NCBI GenBank assembly: GCA_028289885.1 | Contig: JAQGKX010000169.1 | Coordinates: forward strand, 57,817-121,816 | Length of the DNA: 64,000 bases | Reading direction: 5' to 3' | Source: Sphingomonadales bacterium | GTDB taxonomy: Bacteria; Pseudomonadota; Alphaproteobacteria; Sphingomonadales; Sphingomonadaceae | Shown here: one piece after another, positions 58,634 to 64,000 of the stretch | Position numbering within the stretch: position 1 is the first letter of the stretch | How the letters are laid out: each line of letters begins with the position of its first letter | Program-made: the position numbers and the translations under genes | The notes under the pieces: generated by a model | Told to the model about the DNA's origin: nothing | Databases searched by the model: none | The model's input: the letters and a program-made list of their open reading frames with translations, nothing else

Positions 58634-58695
58634 CGCGGCAGACAAGGTTCAGTCGGATGCGAGGCGATGCGGCGCGAGCAGTCCGGGGGCGGCAA

Positions 58696-59460
58696 TCATC
58701 GTGCGCGAGCATATCGGATGAAGCTCGCCGTCGCTGTATCGGTGGCGCAGGCTTCGATGAAAAGGCGGTTGGCATATTCGTCGGCCTCCGCGCCTTCACG
58801 CGTCCTGGCAAAATAATCCTTTACCGCAGCAACCTGAGCATAAGGGAGCGCCGCCAATCGTTGTGCCAATGCGCACCCTGTTGCGAACGGATCATCGGCA
58901 ATCACGTCGGCCAATCCCCAGTGGGCCGCCGTCGCACCATCAAGCGTGTCCAGCCCGAACGATAGCTGTCGAGCCCGCGCACGTCCGACGCGCCGCTCGA
59001 CGGCTTCCAGCCCCCATGCGGGAAACAGGCCGATCGGCACTTCTGGCAAACTCCATTTCGCTATCGGGCTGCTCACCACGAAATCGCAAGCTGCTGCAAG
59101 CGTGAGTCCGCCTCCAATTGCAAAGCCGTGGACCGCAGCGACGATCGGGCGTGGGTGCGCGACCATTTGCCGTGCCAGCAGCCCCGAAGCCGCCTCGAAC
59201 GCCTGCCGTTCGTTCGCACCCATCGCGGCGAGTTCGCCAAGGTCGCTCCCGGCGCAAAAACCGCGCCCGGCTCCGGTAATCAAAATCGCCCCTGCGTTCC
59301 TGGCAGGATGTCCTTCGAAAAGTCCGAGCAGTGATTCTACCATCGCTCCGGACATGGCGTTTCGTTCATCCGGACGAACAAGAGTGACGATCAGAACACC
59401 GGGAAACAGGGTCTCGTCGCCGGTTATGACGGTCGGATCCGGAAAATGATGTGGTTCCAT
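58696..59460 (-). CDS. Enoyl-CoA hydratase/isomerase family
   Basis: GFCAGSDL, HGFAIGGG, LPEVPIG. Confidence 0.9.
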   Translation of the reverse strand: MEPHHFPDPTVITGDETLFPGVLIVTLVRPDERNAMSGAMVESLLGLFEGHPARNAGAILITGAGRGFCAGSDLGELAAMGANERQAFEAASGLLARQMVAHPRPIVAAVHGFAIGGGLTLAAACDFVVSSPIAKWSLPEVPIGLFPAWGLEAVERRVGRARARQLSFGLDTLDGATAAHWGLADVIADDPFATGCALAQRLAALPYAQVAAVKDYFARTREGAEADEYANRLFIEACATDTATASFIRYARAR

Positions 59461-59650
59461 ATGATATGCTTCTTGTCATTAGCACGATTGAAAGGCTAGC
59501 CTCCGTTTGTAACCCGGACGTCCACAGATGGCGAACCAGGGGATGCGGAGGTGCTTCCAAGATGTCCATGATCGTAACCCGCGGCATATACTTACATTCG
59601 TTCTCGAATGTTTGTAGAGGCGAGGCCGAGGACGTCGGCGGGGAGGGCGC

Positions 59651-60778
59651 ATGAGTGGCATAGATAGCCTTTTTCAAAAGTTCAGACTTGGCAATCTCGA
59701 GATTTCAAATCGAATTGTAATGGCTCCAATGACCCGGTGTTTTTCGCCGGGAGGCGTGCCGGGTGCAAACGTCGCCGAATATTACAGCCGTCGCGCGGCG
59801 GCTGGGGTCGGCTTGATCATCACCGAGGGAACGTGGGTGCCACACCCTGCGGCATCCAATGACGACCTGGCACCGCGGTTTTACGGTGACGACGCTTTGG
59901 CGGGTTGGGCGGCGGTCGTTGCCGCTGTCCATGGAGAGGGCGGTAAGATCATGCCGCAACTCTGGCATACTGGTCTTGTTGAAAAACCCCAGATTGAAAA
60001 TCTTTATACCGGCAGCCCTGAAGATCTTTCGATCAAGACGAGTCCGTCGGGCCTCGTCGCGTACGATCGCAAGGTGGCCGAGCCGGTCCGTGAATCGGCA
60101 ATCGCGGACCTGATTGAAAGTTACGCCCTGGCTGCCGAATCTGCCGAACGCCTGGGCTTCGACGGAGTCGAGATCCATGGCGCGCATGGCTATCTGATCG
60201 ATCAGTTCTTTTGGGCCACTCTCAACCGCCGCGACGATCGCTGGGGTGGTGACAGTGCCGGTCGTGCGCGACTCGGGGTAGAGATCGTCAAGGCGATACG
60301 GTCGCGGGTATCTGCCCGATTTCCGATCGTGTTTCGCTTTTCACAGTGGAAACAACAGGATTATTGGGCGCGACTGGCGACGTCGCCGGATGACTTGTCG
60401 GCCTATCTCGAGCCGCTGGCCGATGCCGGGGTCGATATCTTTCACGCCTCACAACGGCGTTTCTGGGAACCGGAATTTGAAAACAGCCCGCTTAATCTTG
60501 CCGGATGGGCAAAGAGGCTGACGGGCAAGCCCTCCATAACCGTTGGATCGGTCGGTCTCGCAAGGGAAATGCTGGACACGATGTTTTCGGACGAGGTCGC
60601 GACGATCGAGCCGGGGCATGTCGCTCTTTTGACGGGAATGATCGATCGGGGAGAGATTGATCTTGTTGCTGTCGGACGAGGCCTGATCGCCGACGTGGAT
60701 TGGGTGACGAAGGTGCGCGAAAATCGGATTGCCGATGTAACGCCCTATTCGGCCGCTGCGCTGGCACAGTTAATATGA
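59651..60778 (+). CDS. NADH:flavin oxidoreductase (old yellow enzyme family)
   Basis: NRIVMAPMTR, QLWH, EIHGAHGYL, VGR. Confidence 0.93.
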   Translation: MSGIDSLFQKFRLGNLEISNRIVMAPMTRCFSPGGVPGANVAEYYSRRAAAGVGLIITEGTWVPHPAASNDDLAPRFYGDDALAGWAAVVAAVHGEGGKIMPQLWHTGLVEKPQIENLYTGSPEDLSIKTSPSGLVAYDRKVAEPVRESAIADLIESYALAAESAERLGFDGVEIHGAHGYLIDQFFWATLNRRDDRWGGDSAGRARLGVEIVKAIRSRVSARFPIVFRFSQWKQQDYWARLATSPDDLSAYLEPLADAGVDIFHASQRRFWEPEFENSPLNLAGWAKRLTGKPSITVGSVGLAREMLDTMFSDEVATIEPGHVALLTGMIDRGEIDLVAVGRGLIADVDWVTKVRENRIADVTPYSAAALAQLI

Positions 60779-60801
60779 TTATTGATGACGCTCGGTCGTT
60801 G

Positions 60802-60939
60802 TCAGCTTGGCTGGCTGTCGGCGTCGCCTTGTTCGATCGGCAATTCGATCGCTATCGAATCGTCGGGCGTGGACGGGTCATCAACCCCGTGGGTGCGCTT
60901 GGCATCGTCCTCGGCCTGATCATCGGGGCCATTCGACAT
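60802..60939 (-). CDS. Candidate 45-aa acidic small protein
   Basis: GGAAAGGA 7 nt before ATG. MSNGPDDQAEDDAKRTHGVDDPSTPDDSIAIELPIEQGDADSQPS fills the intergenic gap without overlap. Confidence 0.4.
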   Translation of the reverse strand: MSNGPDDQAEDDAKRTHGVDDPSTPDDSIAIELPIEQGDADSQPS

Positions 60940-61022
60940 CGCTCGGTCCTTTCCATGAAGCATATGATAAGCGCACGACCCACATGGATGTTCCCGGCAT
61001 TTTCGTCGAGCGAGGGTTCCCG

Positions 61023-61799
61023 ATGAGTGATGGGTTTTCAGTCGGGCGGCAAGCGGGAATAGTGATCGTCACGCTCGACCGCCCGGAACGCAGGAACGCG
61101 CTGCATCCTGCTGCACACCACGCTCTGGAGGCTCAATTCGACGCGCTTGCCGCCGATGATTCGGTGCGCGTAGTGATCCTGACCGGCACAGGCGATAAAG
61201 CTTTTTGTGCCGGTTATGATTTACTCGACAATCTCGAAACCGGCGTCATGGAAATTGCCGCCAGGGGTTTCGGAGGATTGACGTTCCGCACCGATTTCCC
61301 GCACCCGCTGATCGCTGCCGTCAATGGCGATGCGATGGGCGGTGGCTTCGAAATGGCGCTGGCCTGCGACATCATCATCGCGGCGCGGACCGCGCGTTTC
61401 GCACTGCCCGAACCAAAGGTAGGCTGGGTAGCGCTGGGCGGCGGAATTCAGCGGCTGCCGCGTGCGATCGGCACGAAGCGCGCGGCGGAAATCATCCTCA
61501 CCGGTCGCTTTGTTGGCGCGGAGGAGGGCTTGGCTCTTGGCTTCGTAAACGAGGTGGTCGAACCGGGTGAAACGGTCGAACGCGCACTCGCCATAGCGGA
61601 AGCTATTCAGGCCTGCGCGCCCATCGCGATCCGTGCAAGCAAGGCTGCCTTATACGCTGGCCTCGACCAGCCTGACCTTGCCACCGCGCTCAAGTCCGAA
61701 ACATATCCGCTGGCGCAAGTGGTCCTCGACAGCGCCGATGCGGAAGAAGGGAAGCGCGCCTTTGCCGAGCGGCGACCGCCGCGATGGGAGGGGCGCTGA
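61023..61799 (+). CDS. Enoyl-CoA hydratase (CaiD-like, both catalytic Glu present)
   Basis: AFCAGYDL, GGGFEMALACD, LPEPKVG. Confidence 0.92.
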   Translation: MSDGFSVGRQAGIVIVTLDRPERRNALHPAAHHALEAQFDALAADDSVRVVILTGTGDKAFCAGYDLLDNLETGVMEIAARGFGGLTFRTDFPHPLIAAVNGDAMGGGFEMALACDIIIAARTARFALPEPKVGWVALGGGIQRLPRAIGTKRAAEIILTGRFVGAEEGLALGFVNEVVEPGETVERALAIAEAIQACAPIAIRASKAALYAGLDQPDLATALKSETYPLAQVVLDSADAEEGKRAFAERRPPRWEGR

Positions 61800-61853
61800 C
61801 ACGATCTTTACAGTCAAATCTGCTAGCCGGGGTTGACAGCAGACGCGATGGGA

Positions 61854-61873
61854 TTAGTTCGCTTCTATACTAA
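61854..61873. promoter_or_regulatory. Palindromic operator copy
   Basis: TTAGTTCGCTTCTATACTAA, with TTGACA nearby at 61833. Confidence 0.5.
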
Positions 61874-61903
61874 TTGTCTAATCGACAGGCTTTGGAGCAC
61901 ACG

Positions 61904-63070
61904 TTGGAAATCCGATTTTCAGAAGAGCAGGAAGCCATTCGCGATGGCGTGAAGAAGGTTTGCGACCAGTTCGGCGACGAATATTGGTCAGCGTGCGATA
62001 CTGAGAAAAAGTTTCCATTCGAGTTTCACAAGGCAATGGCCGACGCAGGCTGGCTTGGGATCACCATGCCCGAGGAGGTCGGTGGATCGAACCTTGGCGT
62101 GACCGAAGCGGCGATCATGATGCACGAGGTTTCGTCGAGCGCAGGAGGATATTCGGCCGCCAGCGCACTTCATCTGAACCTCTTTGGGCCCCATGCCGTC
62201 GTCGTCCACGGTACGGCGGAGCAGAAGCAGCGCATGCTTCCGCCCCTCATCGCCGGCACCGACCGGGCCTGTTTTGGTGTAACTGAACCTGACGCGGGCC
62301 TCGATACGACCAGCATCACGACATTCGCGACCAAGGTGGATGGCGGTTACCGCGTCACAGGCCGCAAGATCTGGACCTCGTCGGGGCAGGTGGCCAACAA
62401 GATCCTGCTGCTCACGCGCACGACGCCAAAGGATCAGTGCAAAAAGCCGACCGACGGCATGACATTGTTCTACACCGACCTCGATCACGACAAGATCGAA
62501 GTGCGTCGCATCCCGAAAATGGGGCGGAACGCGGTTGATTCCAATACCACCTTCATCGACGATTATTTCATCCCCGACGACGATCGCATTGGCGAAGAAG
62601 GCAGGGGTTTCAACTACATACTGCACAGTCTTAATCCCGAACGTATCCTTGTCGGCATCGAAGCCGTCGGCCTGGGTCGCGGTGCGCTGGCAAGGGCCGC
62701 GCAATATGCGAAGGAGCGCAAGGTGTTCGGGCGCTTCATCGGCCAGAATCAGGGTATCCAGCATCCACTCGCGGAGAACTGGGCTTACCTTGAGAGCGCG
62801 TTCTGGACGATCATGCGCGCCGCTTATCTTTACGACAACGACCTGCCGTGCGGTGCAGAGGCAAATGCCGGCAAGTTCCTTGGTGCCCGCGCTGCATTCG
62901 ACGCCTGCACGCGCGCCGTCATGACATTTGGCGGCATGGGTTATTCGACCGAATATCAGGTCGAGCGGCTATTCCGGGAATCGATCCTGCTGCGGATCGC
63001 GCCGATCACCGAGCAGCTTATCCTGAGCTTTATTGCCGAGCGCGTGCTCGATCTTCCAAAATCCTATTGA
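61904..63070 (+). CDS. Acyl-CoA dehydrogenase
   Basis: FGVTEPDAG, GRKIWTS, LNPERI, FGGMGY. TTG start follows GGAG. Confidence 0.92.
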   Translation: MEIRFSEEQEAIRDGVKKVCDQFGDEYWSACDTEKKFPFEFHKAMADAGWLGITMPEEVGGSNLGVTEAAIMMHEVSSSAGGYSAASALHLNLFGPHAVVVHGTAEQKQRMLPPLIAGTDRACFGVTEPDAGLDTTSITTFATKVDGGYRVTGRKIWTSSGQVANKILLLTRTTPKDQCKKPTDGMTLFYTDLDHDKIEVRRIPKMGRNAVDSNTTFIDDYFIPDDDRIGEEGRGFNYILHSLNPERILVGIEAVGLGRGALARAAQYAKERKVFGRFIGQNQGIQHPLAENWAYLESAFWTIMRAAYLYDNDLPCGAEANAGKFLGARAAFDACTRAVMTFGGMGYSTEYQVERLFRESILLRIAPITEQLILSFIAERVLDLPKSY

Positions 63071-63084
63071 AGGCCGATAGCATA

Positions 63085-64000
63085 ATGACCGTTTTGGGAA
63101 TCACCGCCTATGGTGCCTATGTTCCGCGCCTGCGCATCGACCGCGCGCATATCGCCGCTGCTCATAAATGGGCGGTTCCCGGCTTGCGCGGCCAGGCAAA
63201 GGGCAGCCGTGCCTTCACAAGCTGGGACGAAGACGCGATCACGATGGCCGTCGAGGCCGCGCGCGATGCAATCGGGGCCGGCGATGCAGATAAAATCGAA
63301 GCGGTACGCCTTGCTTCCAGCAACCTTCCCTATGCCGATCTGCAGAATGCCGTTCTGGTAGCCCGGGCGATCGGTGCGCGGGACGACGTTGCAACCAGCG
63401 ACGCGGCCGGATCGCAGCGCGCCGGCACGTCGGCCTTGTTACAGGCATTGAAAGGCACCCAAGCCGCGATCGTGATCGGTTCGGACAATCCGTTCGGCAA
63501 GCCTGCCAGCACGCAGGAAATGAGCTTTGGCGCGGGAGCCGCCGCATTCGTGCTGGGGAGCGAAAACATCATCGCCCGTCTCATCGGTTCGGCAACGGTC
63601 GCTTCGGCCTTTGTCGACCATTTCCGCGCGAGCGATGTGGAAACCGATTATAATTGGGAAGAACGTTGGGTCCGCGACGAGGGCTATTCGAAGATCGCGC
63701 CGGTCGCGATTGCGGCTGCGCTTTCCGATGCGCAGCTTGCGATCGGTGACATCCAGCATTTCGTGATGCCGTCTTACCTTAAAGGCGCGGCCGATGCGGT
63801 TGCAAAAAAGATCAGGTTCGAAGGGACGGTAGCCAGCGGACTTGAAGACGGGGTGGGCTACGCGGGTGCTGCCCACGCGTTGCTGATGCTCGCCGCGACA
63901 CTTGAGAAGGCAGTGCCGGGGGACCGCATCCTCGTCGTCGGTTTCGGGCAGGGCGCGGACGTGATGATCTTTCAGGCAACCGACGCGATCACCGGCGCAA
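63085..64000 (+). CDS. HMG-CoA synthase/thiolase-fold protein lacking the catalytic Cys; truncated at window end
   Basis: Manual translation: MTVLGITAYGAYVPRLRI...DEDAITMAVEAA...DAAGSQRAGT...FGAGAAA...VGFGQG. Absent from the ORF track because there is no stop in the window. Confidence 0.85.
   Translation, partial: MTVLGITAYGAYVPRLRIDRAHIAAAHKWAVPGLRGQAKGSRAFTSWDEDAITMAVEAARDAIGAGDADKIEAVRLASSNLPYADLQNAVLVARAIGARDDVATSDAAGSQRAGTSALLQALKGTQAAIVIGSDNPFGKPASTQEMSFGAGAAAFVLGSENIIARLIGSATVASAFVDHFRASDVETDYNWEERWVRDEGYSKIAPVAIAAALSDAQLAIGDIQHFVMPSYLKGAADAVAKKIRFEGTVASGLEDGVGYAGAAHALLMLAATLEKAVPGDRILVVGFGQGADVMIFQATDAITGA

Noticed and set aside
60700-61026. 108-aa plus-strand ORF with a hydrophobic stretch
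   Set aside because: It overlaps the OYE gene end and lacks an RBS. The hydrophobicity mirrors the acidic codons of the minus-strand small ORF.
682-61903. Longer N-termini in the ORF track (e.g. 682, 1935, 14900, 17023, 30416, 51863, 60807)
   Set aside because: They overlap upstream genes or operators and lack an RBS. Downstream starts with an RBS or stop-start coupling were chosen.
1-64000. Mobile elements, tRNA/rRNA genes, defence systems
   Set aside because: No transposase, integrase, structural RNA or nuclease signatures seen by eye. Small ncRNAs cannot be excluded without a covariance-model search.

Overview
GC-rich, gene-dense window that looks alphaproteobacterial and probably sphingomonad (inferred from the TonB-dependent receptor and gene repertoire, not from a marker gene). 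All 64 kb belong to one catabolic island of about 62 CDS, running off both edges. It encodes a flavin monooxygenase, a P450, four Rieske oxygenase alpha subunits (one interrupted by an in-frame TAG), a Rieske ferredoxin and a molybdopterin oxidoreductase. It also has nine SDRs, six crotonases, three acyl-CoA dehydrogenases, a CoA ligase, two epoxide hydrolases, three NTF2 proteins, a TBDR, an MFS transporter and one MarR regulator. I saw no rRNA, tRNA, CRISPR array or transposase. Unexplained elements: (i) four divergent paralogues of a CrtC/AttH-like protein sharing HxxQ and RD[RH]S[WL] motifs; (ii) two APH-fold kinases with long N-terminal extensions; (iii) an orphan cytochrome-oxidase subunit III/IV-like pair coupled to catabolic genes; (iv) cofE-cofD without other F420 genes; (v) a stand-alone lipoyl-domain protein; (vi) a degenerate 20-bp palindrome (approx. 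ATAGTWCG-N4-CGWACTAT) in roughly 20 intergenic positions, suggesting one MarR-type regulon. The substrate cannot be determined from sequence alone. All family calls come from reading motifs by eye, without database searches.
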